Notes: generated from the letters alone by a model not told the origin. DNA of 64,000 bases from Bdellovibrionales bacterium (GCA_027317865.1 DAHVQG010000005.1:64001-128000); one strand, 5' to 3'; positions 30,062 to 39,900 are shown, counted from the first letter of the stretch. Translations and numbers: made by a program.

Positions 30062-30244
30062 ATGATTCGAATGGCGATCTCGTTTTTTGTGTTAGCGATT
30101 GTCTCCTTTATTTTTGGAGCGTACGGCATCGCCGGTTTTTCTGCTGAGATTGGCCGGATTCTGCTTTTTGTTTTTCTTGTTCTTGCAGTCGTATCGTTTA
30201 TCGGCGCATTGATTACGGGCCGATCGCCGAGGCAACTGCCTTGA
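30062..30244 (+). CDS. DUF1328 (YtjA-like) small membrane protein
   Basis: M.R.AI.FFVLAIV..IFG..GIAG.SAEI.RIL..VFLVL pattern; RBS AAGGAG. Confidence 0.9.
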   Translation: MIRMAISFFVLAIVSFIFGAYGIAGFSAEIGRILLFVFLVLAVVSFIGALITGRSPRQLP

Positions 30245-30936
30245 CGAAAACGCATTTGAAACAAAGGCATTGTTTGGCGCTGACAGTTTTGTTTTGGACA
30301 GCGACGTGTTTGGCCGCCAGGGTAAACAGTCAAGCGGGCGGAGCTACGCAAACAACGGCGGCAAAAATATCGGCACAGTCAAAAATTCAGCAACGTTACG
30401 GTGGGTTCTATTTTGAGCCAGGTTTTGCTCTTGAGACCGGCCGAACGTCGTCCAGTTATCCCATGACAAATTCGGCCGGTAGCTCTGACGGATTTGGAGT
30501 GCTGGTAAGAGCGGGTTATGAATTGAGACATTTTATAATTGCGGCACTTGATTGGCGAATGGCACTCACTCAATTTCATGACGCCGCACTCGATTACACG
30601 GCTAATGCCACAAGTGCGAATTGGGCCGTATTGGGCGGGCTTCAGATTCCTAACACTGCAGTTAGGGGATGGATCGAATATATTTTTGCCGGCACCTTGA
30701 ACCCAAGTGCGGCCGGCAGTGGTCTTGACCTGCGCTACGGTGGGGCCACAGGGTATCGCATTGGCCTTGGCTATAAATTTGCCACCGATACGAGTGCAAA
30801 TATTGAGTATCAATTACTTCGGTATAACCAAACGCGTGTCGAACAAAGTGGACCCTATACCGGCGTCAATTTTAACGGGAGCACCTTGGGGGATGCCTCT
30901 CTTATTGCCGGGGTTTCGTTTCCGCTCGAATTTTGA
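30241..30936 (+). CDS. Outer-membrane beta-barrel protein (OmpA-TM-like)
   Basis: Signal peptide, alternating aromatic beta-strands (GLGYKF, NIEYQ) and C-terminal Phe. Confidence 0.75.
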   Translation: MTKTHLKQRHCLALTVLFWTATCLAARVNSQAGGATQTTAAKISAQSKIQQRYGGFYFEPGFALETGRTSSSYPMTNSAGSSDGFGVLVRAGYELRHFIIAALDWRMALTQFHDAALDYTANATSANWAVLGGLQIPNTAVRGWIEYIFAGTLNPSAAGSGLDLRYGGATGYRIGLGYKFATDTSANIEYQLLRYNQTRVEQSGPYTGVNFNGSTLGDASLIAGVSFPLEF

Positions 30937-31056
30937 TCATTCTTTTGACAACTGTTAGACAAGAAGCGGCGCTGGCCGGTTGGCCAGGGGCAATTCAGTG
31001 ACATGGTTTCCGCTTAGTTTTGAATTGGAGCTGGCATGGCTTGCAATAGAGATATG

Positions 31057-31147
31057 TAAGTGATTGCGTCGTTGCCCCCCCTCGATAGCAGTCACTTTCA
31101 CCCCCATCCCCCGAGACCTCGCTTTCCCCCCAAAGCGAGGTTTTTTT
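31057..31147 (+). ncRNA. Putative small RNA with C-rich loops (Pxr-like architecture)
   Basis: 14-bp stem 31058-31071/31083-31097 with a C7 loop; linker with two C5 tracts; perfect 10-bp terminator stem with a C6 loop and U-tail. Confidence 0.7.
31116..31147 (+). terminator. Rho-independent terminator
   Basis: ACCTCGCTTT-CCCCCC-AAAGCGAGGT followed by TTTTTT. Confidence 0.85.
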
Positions 31148-31154
31148 ATTGTCA

Positions 31155-31178
31155 ATTATTATACATGCGTATAATAAT
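31155..31178. promoter_or_regulatory. Palindromic operator, probable TetR site, overlapping a TATAAT box
   Basis: ATTATTATAC-ATGC-GTATAATAAT with perfect 10-bp arms, just upstream of the TetR gene. Confidence 0.7.
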
Positions 31179-31221
31179 ATTGAATTGGAGGATGCTGGTC
31201 ACAGATGTGGCAAAACACGTT

Positions 31222-31851
31222 ATGCCTAGACCATCGCACAATATAGACAAGCGAATGCTTGAAGCCGCAAAAAAAATCGTTTGTGAGCACGGCTGTAGTG
31301 GTATTCGGATCCGGGACATTGCGGCCAAGGCGCACGCGAACCTCGGGATGTTTCATTACTACTTCAAAAGTAAGCGGCGATTCACCAAAGTTTTATTGCA
31401 AGACTGCTATGACGATTTTTTTAGCCGTCTTTCGACGGCCTCGCGCGATGGTGACCGTGCAATTGATCAGTTGCGAAGTGTCTTACTTGCCGCGGCAACA
31501 TTCGTGAAGCAAGAACACAAATTTTATTCCGCGCTTTTCAAAGATATTTTAAATGAAAACCAAGAAGTTTTAGAGTTCGTCAGATCGAATTTTCCGCGCC
31601 ATATTCAATTGATAAAGGAGCTGATACTACGGGCGCAAAAGGAGCAAGATATCGTGAAATTGCCCTTTCCACAGGTGATGTCATTTCTAATGACCAGTCT
31701 GAATCTACCGACGCTCATTGCCTATGCTCTTGAGGCGGGCGTGAAAAAAACCGGTCGTACTAGTAAATACAAAGTCGATATAGGCTGCATAGTGTCTGAT
31801 GCGGCAATTAAAGAGCGCCTCAATATGGCGCTCAGGGGGCTTGCGCCGTGA
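31222..31851 (+). CDS. TetR/AcrR-family regulator (CecR/YbiH-like position)
   Basis: RIRDIAAKAHANLGMFHYYFKSK HTH; alternative start at 31192. Confidence 0.9.
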   Translation: MPRPSHNIDKRMLEAAKKIVCEHGCSGIRIRDIAAKAHANLGMFHYYFKSKRRFTKVLLQDCYDDFFSRLSTASRDGDRAIDQLRSVLLAAATFVKQEHKFYSALFKDILNENQEVLEFVRSNFPRHIQLIKELILRAQKEQDIVKLPFPQVMSFLMTSLNLPTLIAYALEAGVKKTGRTSKYKVDIGCIVSDAAIKERLNMALRGLAP

Positions 31852-33215
31852 AATCTAATTTCGTGACAATTATCATTGCGATTTTAATAGCTGCGCAGGG
31901 ATTTTCGCTAAAAGCACAAGCGCAAAAACAAAATTCATTTTCAATGAGCCTTAAACAGGCTGAAGCGCGAGCCCTTCGTTTTTCGGATCAGTTAAAGGCC
32001 ATTCAGTCCAACACCGAATCGGCGGTAGATAACTCAAAGGCGCAATTTGGTAAGCTTTTACCCGGTCTGACTCTAAGCGGTTACTATCAATACAATACGT
32101 ATGTGCCGGATGTATCTCTGCCGTTTCCGGGTGCGGCGCCGATTCAATTTGGTTCGCATAATAATTATGGAGTTGGTCCGACCCTCAGTTATACGTTATG
32201 GGATACCGGCGCCCAACGGGCGGCATATCAGGCCTCGAAGCTACTTGCTCAATCTAAAAAGGACCAGGAGATCAATGCGCGCGCGCAAACGCTATTTGCC
32301 TTGCGCGCCGCCTATGTGCGCTTGCAGTTGGGGCTTGAAGAATTGAAACTGTTATACAGTTCGCTTAAGCTCGCAAAATCCCAACAGCGCGATATAAATG
32401 CTAACTTTCACGCCGGAGCGGCAAGCTTACTCGATCGTGTCGATTCGAACCGCGAGGTAATCAACTTTCAACTGCAATTTAAGCAGGAACAATCCGTTGT
32501 GCAGTCTGATTTTCAAGATCTGCTAAATCTTGTACATGTCAGGGTGGCGGACGATCAAAACGATCACCTTGGGCCGCCGGGTCTTTCGGGAGTTAATTTT
32601 GCGTTAAAACTCGACGGGCTAGAAAGCTCGCTGCAAGCCGTGAGCCGTTGGCGCCTTACTCCTCCAAGTGAAGAACAGCCGGAGCTTCGAAGTTTTACTG
32701 CTCTAGAAAAATCGTCAAAGGAACAGGCGCGGAGTGCATGGGCTGAACATTTTCCGCGGCTTCGAATTTCGGCAAGCACCATGGTGCAGTATCCGTATGA
32801 AGTGGAGTTAAAGACTGTAGAACAAAATACTTTTATGGCAACAATTTCGATGCCGTTGTTTGAGGGTGGTCAGATTCATGACCGGGTTGAGGCCAGTCAA
32901 AGCGCGGCGACCGCGGCACGATATGAACGCGATCAGGCAAAGCGCGATTTAATGAACGCGTACAATAAGGCAATGTCGCAACTTCAAAATTTGAAAGCCC
33001 AGAGAAAACTTGCGCTTCTTGACGTGAAAAGTTCTGAAGAGGCGGCCAAACTTTATGAGAGCTCGTATCGAGCCGGAAAAATCAATTTTATTGACGTTGA
33101 AGCGGCAAATAATCGGGCGTTAGTGGCAAGAGTCAATGCGGCGCGAATCGACGCGCAAATGTTAGACAGCATTTTTCTTTTAGAATCGATATCGGGAAAG
33201 GACACACTTCAATGA
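31848..33215 (+). CDS. TolC-family outer-membrane efflux protein
   Basis: Signal peptide; two OEP repeats (LLPGLTL...LWDTG and FPRLRI...PLFEGG); YRAG motif. Confidence 0.9.
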   Translation: MKSNFVTIIIAILIAAQGFSLKAQAQKQNSFSMSLKQAEARALRFSDQLKAIQSNTESAVDNSKAQFGKLLPGLTLSGYYQYNTYVPDVSLPFPGAAPIQFGSHNNYGVGPTLSYTLWDTGAQRAAYQASKLLAQSKKDQEINARAQTLFALRAAYVRLQLGLEELKLLYSSLKLAKSQQRDINANFHAGAASLLDRVDSNREVINFQLQFKQEQSVVQSDFQDLLNLVHVRVADDQNDHLGPPGLSGVNFALKLDGLESSLQAVSRWRLTPPSEEQPELRSFTALEKSSKEQARSAWAEHFPRLRISASTMVQYPYEVELKTVEQNTFMATISMPLFEGGQIHDRVEASQSAATAARYERDQAKRDLMNAYNKAMSQLQNLKAQRKLALLDVKSSEEAAKLYESSYRAGKINFIDVEAANNRALVARVNAARIDAQMLDSIFLLESISGKDTLQ

Positions 33216-33958
33216 GTAAAAGAGCGAAAATTGTTGTCGCGGCCATTGTTTTGATCGCGGCGGCTACTTCGGCAAAGTTTCTTTTTTTTGATAAACCGTT
33301 TTTATACGCCGGAACTCTCGAGGCGACAGATGTCGATTTGTCGGCGCAAGTGGCTTCGACGATTGCCGCGGTAAATGTGCACGAAGGGGACGCGGTGACG
33401 ACAAACGAGCTTCTTGTTCAACTTTCATGCAAAGACGTGAAAGTAGAAGACGATCTCGCCAATGAAAATTACAACCGCACGCTCCGCCTATTTAAAGCCG
33501 GTACGGTTTCGCAAGCCACAATGGATCTCATAAAAAGCAAGAAAGAAGAGGCCGATATTCGCCTCGGCTGGTGCTCGATTCGCTCGCCGATTTCTGGAAC
33601 GGTCTTAAGCCGCTACCACGAACCGGGCGAACTTGTAGGCCCGGGCACGAAGCTTCTCACGCTCGCAAACATTAAAGATATTTGGGCCTATATTTATGTT
33701 CCAGAGCCGGTAATGGAAACACTAAAGATCGGCGAAAAGGTGATCGGGGTTATGCCAGAACTGAACAATCGAAAGTTTGTAGGTAAAATTATTAAAATTA
33801 ACGACGAAGCGGAATTCACTCCGAAAAATGTGCAAACTCAAGCCGAAAGATCTCGGCTCGTTTTTGGTGTGAAGGTGAGTTTTTTAGGCGCCAATCAAGA
33901 TGAAATTTTAAAGCCGGGCATGACCATCGAAGTTCGGCTGCCGAATGAGGCAAAATGA
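33212..33958 (+). CDS. HlyD/YbhG-type membrane fusion protein
   Basis: IRSPISG, EAEFTPKNVQT and LKPGM motifs. Confidence 0.9.
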   Translation: MSKRAKIVVAAIVLIAAATSAKFLFFDKPFLYAGTLEATDVDLSAQVASTIAAVNVHEGDAVTTNELLVQLSCKDVKVEDDLANENYNRTLRLFKAGTVSQATMDLIKSKKEEADIRLGWCSIRSPISGTVLSRYHEPGELVGPGTKLLTLANIKDIWAYIYVPEPVMETLKIGEKVIGVMPELNNRKFVGKIIKINDEAEFTPKNVQTQAERSRLVFGVKVSFLGANQDEILKPGMTIEVRLPNEAK

Positions 33959-34701
33959 GCGACGGCCTATATTCTATTCATATTCATGACATCAAAAAAA
34001 ATTTCGGCGCTTGCCAGGCGCTAAAGGGTATCAGCCTTGATTTTCGTGAATCAGTTATGCATGGAGTGATTGGTCCTGAAGGTGCGGGCAAAACGACGCT
34101 TTTGCGAGTGATGTTGTCTCTGCTCCTTCCGCAGTCGGGGCGAGTTGAGTATTATCTTGACGGACAGCCGTCTGATTTCGAAGAAGTAAGACCCGTCATT
34201 GCCTACATGCCGCAAAGTCAAAGCCTTTACCCTGATTTATCGATTTCGGAGCATCTCGATTTTTTTCGATCTTTATACGGAATCGAAGACAAACTGTACG
34301 AAGAGCGGCGGCAAGATCTTTTGCACATCACCCGTCTGAGTGAATTTACCGATCGTCCGGCAGGCAAGCTTTCGGGCGGAATGTATAAAAAATTGGGGCT
34401 CATGTGTGCGCTTTTACGCTCACCGCGCATTGTGCTTTTAGACGAGCCGACAAACGGTGTCGATCCGATTAGCCGGCGTGAATTTTGGGAACTTCTTTAT
34501 CGCCTGGCCGATCAAAAAATTCTAATCATAGTAACTACGGCGTACATGGACGAGGCCGAACGATGCGGCGAGGTTCATCTTCTCGAACAGGGCCAGGTCA
34601 TCGCTGATGGCTCCCCCAGAACGCTTTTAGAATCAGAAGGTGTGCGCACGTTTGACGAATTATTTTTGCGGCGCTCGCGTGATCAAGAAAGCAGGCCGTA
34701 A
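33955..34701 (+). CDS. ABC ATPase (YbhF N-half-like)
   Basis: GPEGAGKT, LSGGM and LDEPTNGVDPISRREFW motifs. Confidence 0.92.
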   Translation: MSDGLYSIHIHDIKKNFGACQALKGISLDFRESVMHGVIGPEGAGKTTLLRVMLSLLLPQSGRVEYYLDGQPSDFEEVRPVIAYMPQSQSLYPDLSISEHLDFFRSLYGIEDKLYEERRQDLLHITRLSEFTDRPAGKLSGGMYKKLGLMCALLRSPRIVLLDEPTNGVDPISRREFWELLYRLADQKILIIVTTAYMDEAERCGEVHLLEQGQVIADGSPRTLLESEGVRTFDELFLRRSRDQESRP

Positions 34702-34703
34702 AT

Positions 34704-35657
34704 ATGAGCGAAGCGGTTGTGGTCAAAAACCTCACTGTAAAATTCGGTGATTTTTTTGCCGTAAAGAATATTTCTTTTTCAGTTTCAAAAGGTGAAATTT
34801 TTGGTTTTTTGGGAGCAAACGGGGCGGGCAAAACGACCACGATCCGGGTGCTTTGCGGACTTCTTCGACCCACAGAAGGCGACGTAAAAGTCGGCGGAGT
34901 GGGTTTTGAACGTGGTGAAAAGGAGATTAAATCAAAAGTTGGGTACATGTCGCAAAAATTCACTTTGTACAACGATCTCACGGTCAAAGAGAATTTTGAC
35001 TTTGCGGCCAGCCTTCGAAAGCTAGACAGGGCTTTTTATCTTAAGCGCCGCGAAGAATTGCTTGAACTCATTTCATTTGAATATTCGCTTGATGCAAACG
35101 TGGCCGATTTGCCCGGCGGAATCAAACAGCAGGTATCTTTGACGTCGGCACTATTACACGATCCTGACATCGTGTTTTTAGACGAACCGACAGCGGGTGT
35201 AACTCCGGCGTCGCGCAATCGTTTTTGGAATCTCATTCGCAAAGTTGCTTCTCTCGGTAAAACCGTTTTTGTCACGACTCATTACATGGACGAGGCCGAA
35301 CAGTGCGGCCGAATCGCGCTTATGCGCACGGGCGAACTCATCGCGCTTGACACTCCGGCCGGGTTAAAATCAGAAACGTTTCCGTTGCCGGTTTTTGAAT
35401 TTGAACCAAAAGAAAAAGCCCTAAGTTTTGCTGAGATATCCAGGCTGCAAAAACATCCCGCATTTTCGTTTTTTGAGCCATACGGCATGCGATTTCACGC
35501 GTCCATTCATTCGCATGAAGAATGGAATCAGCATCGCGCACAATTTGAACGCGATTTTCAAATACGTCAAATTGACCCGTCTCTCGAAGACGTTTTTATT
35601 CAGCGGGTAGAGGGTACGGGAGCTACACCAAATAAAAGCGGCGGTGGCCCAAAATGA
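34704..35657 (+). CDS. ABC ATPase (YbhF C-half-like)
   Basis: GANGAGKT, GYMSQKF, LPGG, LDEPTAG and THYMDEAE motifs. Confidence 0.92.
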   Translation: MSEAVVVKNLTVKFGDFFAVKNISFSVSKGEIFGFLGANGAGKTTTIRVLCGLLRPTEGDVKVGGVGFERGEKEIKSKVGYMSQKFTLYNDLTVKENFDFAASLRKLDRAFYLKRREELLELISFEYSLDANVADLPGGIKQQVSLTSALLHDPDIVFLDEPTAGVTPASRNRFWNLIRKVASLGKTVFVTTHYMDEAEQCGRIALMRTGELIALDTPAGLKSETFPLPVFEFEPKEKALSFAEISRLQKHPAFSFFEPYGMRFHASIHSHEEWNQHRAQFERDFQIRQIDPSLEDVFIQRVEGTGATPNKSGGGPK

Positions 35658-36763
35658 ACTGGAAGCGAGCCTACGCCATTGCCCAGAAAGAGACGTTTCA
35701 TATTTTACGAGATCCGTTTACGCTCGCTCTTAGCATCGCCATGCCGATTTTTCTCGTCGTGATCTACGGGATCGCCATCCATTTCAACGTGCGGGACATT
35801 CATCTTGCCGTCAGCGATTCCGATCAGACTCAAATGTCCCGCGAGTTTATTGAGACCTTTGGGAGTTCAAAATACTTTTTAATTCATCGCGTGGCCACAC
35901 CGGCAGATGTTCGAGCTGAAGTTGAATCTGAACAAGCGCGCGGGGGGCTAATTATCCCGCCTGATTTTCAAGAAAATTTACTAAACGGCCGCTCAACAAA
36001 CGTGCAGCTGCTTGTAGACGGTGCCGACAATTCAACATCTGGACCCATTGTTGGCTACGTCAATGCGATTCAACAAATTGCTGACAAACGTCTTGTTCGT
36101 TTTGATCCGCCGCAACCGTATGATTTGCGAACCCGATTTTTGTTTAATCCAGAACTCAATAGTACGTGGTTTGTCGTGCCCGGTCTGACAGTAGTTGTGA
36201 TGGCGATTCTTTCTATTCTTCTCACTTCGCTGACCGTTGCTCGGGAGTGGGAGAGCGGATCAATGGAGCTGTTGCTTTCAACGCCCGTGCAGCCAATTGA
36301 AATTATCGTCGGCAAACTTGCGCCTTATGGTGTTTTGGGATTGGTCGCGGTTGGCATGGTGCTGGTGATTGCGCGTTTATTTTTTGGCGTGCCATTTGTC
36401 GGTAATCCAATTATATTTGGCGCGGGATGTCTATTATTTTTGATTACTTATTTGGCTCAAGGGTTGTTGATTTCAGTTATTACTCGTAACCAGCAAGTGT
36501 CGATGCAGTTTGCAATGCTGACGGGATTCTTGCCATCGCAGCTCTTGTCGGGTTTTATCTTTCCGATCGCCAGTATGCCGATATTTTTTCACTACTTTAC
36601 CATGATATTTCCGGCCCGCTGGTTCATAAATATTTCGCGCGATACATTTTTAAAAGGATCAGGGTTTATTCCGCTTTTGGGCAGCTTTGTGGGTTTAACT
36701 CTAATTTGCGTTTGGATGGTCCGGCGGGCACGAGTCAAATTTAGACGGGATCTTGAAGCATGA
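35654..36763 (+). CDS. ABC-2 permease (YbhS-like)
   Basis: KE..HILRD, FNPEL and AREWESGSMELL motifs. Confidence 0.9.
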   Translation: MNWKRAYAIAQKETFHILRDPFTLALSIAMPIFLVVIYGIAIHFNVRDIHLAVSDSDQTQMSREFIETFGSSKYFLIHRVATPADVRAEVESEQARGGLIIPPDFQENLLNGRSTNVQLLVDGADNSTSGPIVGYVNAIQQIADKRLVRFDPPQPYDLRTRFLFNPELNSTWFVVPGLTVVVMAILSILLTSLTVAREWESGSMELLLSTPVQPIEIIVGKLAPYGVLGLVAVGMVLVIARLFFGVPFVGNPIIFGAGCLLFLITYLAQGLLISVITRNQQVSMQFAMLTGFLPSQLLSGFIFPIASMPIFFHYFTMIFPARWFINISRDTFLKGSGFIPLLGSFVGLTLICVWMVRRARVKFRRDLEA

Positions 36764-37887
36764 ACCGCACTCTGGTCGGATTTATAAAAAAGGAATTGAT
36801 TCAAACTTTTCGCGACAGGCGGATGAAATTTCTTTTAATTGTCGCTCCAATTGTTCAAATGACTATTTTTGGAGTGGCAATTTCAAACGAAGTAAAAAAC
36901 ATCCGGCTGGCCGCTTTTTTTAAACCAAACGATACTATCGCGGAGAATATTTACGACCGCGCAATTGCGAGCCGTTGGTTTTTGCCGGTGCCGATCAAAT
37001 ACGGTGACCACCCCTATCAACTCATTAAGTCAAATCGAGCCGATGCCGTTCTTGTGGCACCTCCGGGTGGTTTTACAAAAGCTATTGGCAGAGCAATCTC
37101 GGACCATGGAGTCACGGGCTCAGCGCCGATTCAGCTTTTGGTGGATGCGACGAACGTGCTTCAGGCCCAATCGGTTGAGAACTATATGCGAGCAATTATC
37201 AACGAAACACTACAGCAGGATCTTCATGTTTCATTTCCGAAATCGCCGATACAAATTCACACGCGCATTTTGTATAATCCATCGCTAGATACTGCGATTT
37301 TTATGATACCAGGTGTGATGTGTACTCTCATGATTATGACCACGATGATGCTCAGTATGGTGGCGATTGTCCGTGAGAAAGAGATGGGTACATTCGAAGC
37401 TTTGATTTCGGCGCCGGTTTCGCCTTCTGAAGTGATTTACGGCAAGACCATTCCATATGTTATTGTAGGGATGATCAACTTGCCTCTGATATTGTCGGTT
37501 GCACTTTTTGTTTTTCGCGTGCCGATGCGCGGGTCGTACATTATTTTGGCGTTGTGTACTCTTGTATTCATTTGCGCCGGTGTCGGAATGGGTACTCTTA
37601 TTTCAACATTTTGCAAAAACCAACAGCAGGCGGCCTTGGGATCATTTTTGTTTATGTTTCCGGCTATGATGTTTTCTGGGCTTATGTTTCCGATCCAGAA
37701 TATGCCACCGGCCGTTCGTTGGATGGCCTACGTCGATCCACTATCGCACTACATGGGGTTACTTCGAAATATCATGCTTAAAGGCGGCGGAGGGATTTAC
37801 GTTATTGAACACACCCTTGCGCTTGCGGTGATTGCATTGGTTTGTATTCTCATTAGTTTTCGTCGCTTTCATACGACGCTCCAATAA
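36760..37887 (+). CDS. ABC-2 permease (YbhR-like)
   Basis: KELIQTFRD, YNPSL, VREKEMGT and PIQNMP motifs. Confidence 0.9.
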   Translation: MNRTLVGFIKKELIQTFRDRRMKFLLIVAPIVQMTIFGVAISNEVKNIRLAAFFKPNDTIAENIYDRAIASRWFLPVPIKYGDHPYQLIKSNRADAVLVAPPGGFTKAIGRAISDHGVTGSAPIQLLVDATNVLQAQSVENYMRAIINETLQQDLHVSFPKSPIQIHTRILYNPSLDTAIFMIPGVMCTLMIMTTMMLSMVAIVREKEMGTFEALISAPVSPSEVIYGKTIPYVIVGMINLPLILSVALFVFRVPMRGSYIILALCTLVFICAGVGMGTLISTFCKNQQQAALGSFLFMFPAMMFSGLMFPIQNMPPAVRWMAYVDPLSHYMGLLRNIMLKGGGGIYVIEHTLALAVIALVCILISFRRFHTTLQ

Positions 37888-37975
37888 TGTTTTTGAATAT
37901 GGCAAAAACGAAATTAAATTCTGACTATGCGTTGCGGGTTGACACACAACCGCGCGCACGTTGAACTAATAAGCG

Positions 37976-39286
37976 ATGCTGAAAAAGGCCGTTTTTTTCG
38001 GGATTTTAACGCTTTCGAGTTATGCTCTAGCTTACAGTTCAATTACGGGCGTAAAACCCAATTTTAATTCATCTTCGAGCTCGAAGCTGACGCTTTCTGA
38101 AGCGCTTGCGCGCGCATTGTTGGCAAACCCTGAAATTCTTGAAAAACAAGCATCGTTGCATGCGGCCCGTCTTTCGGTGACGGCGACGCGAACACGGTTA
38201 TTCCCGGCAATTTCGGCCGAGTATCAGTACACCGATTCGGATACCCCCAACCAAGAACTGCCCGATGCTAACCATGCATTTGTTGTCTTAAACGAAGATC
38301 TTTTTAACGGGGGGCGCACATGGGCGCAAATTCATCGGCTTCGACACCTTGAAGAAAAAGCACAGGACCTTGCTCAAGAGAAAAGACTCGAGGTCATGGC
38401 CGCAGTTAAAGACAGCTATTACGAAGCGGTGTCGGCGGCTGAACAAGTAAACGATTGGACGCGCGCCGAATCGGAATTTTCTCGCCTTCTTAAGCTGATG
38501 GAGCCAAAATTCACGGTTGGCGCCGTACCCGAATACGATTTTGTGAAGATTCGGATTTCTCTGCGCAACTACAAGCAGGATAAACTTATTGCACAGGCAA
38601 AACTTGGTCATGAGCTTCACTTGCTCGGTGAAGCGATGGGGGGTGAGCCGCCGAAAACGCTTGCCGAAATTCACCAGTTAACGCCGCCGCCTGACTTAAG
38701 TGTAAAAGAAATTTTGTTTAAATCATTTGAAGCTCGCCCGGACGTCAAGGCTCAGTCGGCGCAAGTGCTCGCGCAAGAAGACGCGGTTACGCAAGCGAAG
38801 CGGCAAAGGCTACCCAAATTAAGCCTTGAGGCGGATTACGGTTACGGCGGAGTGACAGTCCCGCAAATGGGTATTGGATGGGGAGTAACCGCGCTAGTGG
38901 ATTTGCCAATATTTGAATTCGGGCACATTCGCTCTCAAGTTGATACGGAAGAGGCAAAGTTGAGTGCCGAACAAGAGCGCCAGATCGCGCTTCAACTCAA
39001 AATCAAAACGCAAGTGTATGACACTCTCGAGCAGGTGAAGTTATCTTGGGCGGATTACCAAGAAGCTTTAAAGAATTTGCCGGGGGCGTGGCGCGCGTAT
39101 GTTTCGTCACTTAGGCGCTACCGTACTGGACTTGCGAGAATGGCGGAGCTAAGCGACGCGCACTCGCTTCTTGTGCAAGCGCGCCTTGAGCGGGATAGCG
39201 ATCGAGCCCTATACGAAATGGCGCTGACAAAGCTTCAACTTGTTATGGGCGATCAAAAAGGCTTAGAAAGGGTGGACGTGCAATGA
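37976..39286 (+). CDS. TolC-family outer-membrane efflux protein
   Basis: Signal peptide; LTLSEAL..AL.ANP, RPDV, LPKLSL, LPIF and YRTG motifs. Confidence 0.9.
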   Translation: MLKKAVFFGILTLSSYALAYSSITGVKPNFNSSSSSKLTLSEALARALLANPEILEKQASLHAARLSVTATRTRLFPAISAEYQYTDSDTPNQELPDANHAFVVLNEDLFNGGRTWAQIHRLRHLEEKAQDLAQEKRLEVMAAVKDSYYEAVSAAEQVNDWTRAESEFSRLLKLMEPKFTVGAVPEYDFVKIRISLRNYKQDKLIAQAKLGHELHLLGEAMGGEPPKTLAEIHQLTPPPDLSVKEILFKSFEARPDVKAQSAQVLAQEDAVTQAKRQRLPKLSLEADYGYGGVTVPQMGIGWGVTALVDLPIFEFGHIRSQVDTEEAKLSAEQERQIALQLKIKTQVYDTLEQVKLSWADYQEALKNLPGAWRAYVSSLRRYRTGLARMAELSDAHSLLVQARLERDSDRALYEMALTKLQLVMGDQKGLERVDVQ

Positions 39287-39900
39287 GACGTTGCGAAGTC
39301 TTATCTGTCATGACTATCGCAATTGGTGCCATGTGGTTTGCGGCAACAGGCGCCGCATTGTCCCCACTTTTTGTAACCGGAAATCCCACGCGGCACGAAT
39401 TTTTAACTATCGCGACCGGTTATGGTGCTTTGTCGGAAGACAGACGGCATGTGGCCGCATATTTTTCGGGTGCGGATACGAAAAAAATAAAAATAGGTGA
39501 AATGGCTGAGGTCGAGCTTATGGGCAAGACCACAAATCGCGCGAGTGGACGTGTGGTTTCTGTCTGGCGTAATGCCGACCCCAAAACGGGACAGGGCATA
39601 GTTACGGTCGCGCTTTTAAATCCATCATCACTGCCGGCGCGCACTTACGGTTCAATTGACGTAACCTTGTCAAAACGCATGAGTCTTGCCGTACCAACTA
39701 CGGCAGTATTGATATTGGGCGGCAACACATTCGTATACGAAAAGGCAAATAGCGGTAATTTTAAAAAAGTTCACGTTGTTGTTGGGCGCCAGGGGCCAGA
39801 ATTTACCGAAATTAAAAAAGGACTCAAATTAAGCGATACGGTACTTGTTCAAGGTGCGCTCGAGTGGAACCAAATAAATACGAATGACGAAGGGGGATAA
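39283..39900 (+). CDS. Short RND periplasmic adaptor
   Basis: ADPKT, LAVPTTAV, V.VG and EIKKGL..D.V.VQG C-terminal motifs; only 205 aa. Confidence 0.75.
   Translation: MRRCEVLSVMTIAIGAMWFAATGAALSPLFVTGNPTRHEFLTIATGYGALSEDRRHVAAYFSGADTKKIKIGEMAEVELMGKTTNRASGRVVSVWRNADPKTGQGIVTVALLNPSSLPARTYGSIDVTLSKRMSLAVPTTAVLILGGNTFVYEKANSGNFKKVHVVVGRQGPEFTEIKKGLKLSDTVLVQGALEWNQINTNDEGG

Noticed and set aside
31032-31045. TGGCATGGCTTGCA as the sigma-54 promoter of the sRNA
   Set aside because: Spacing is GG-N8-GC, whereas sigma-54 needs N10, so it is not called.
31060-31221. Pro-rich N-terminal extension of the TetR ORF
   Set aside because: It is a translation of the C-rich RNA element and crosses a terminator and the operator.
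33955-35657. Two tandem ABC ATPases as a broken ybhF
   Set aside because: Each has its own start and complete motifs; split YbhF-type arrangements are common.
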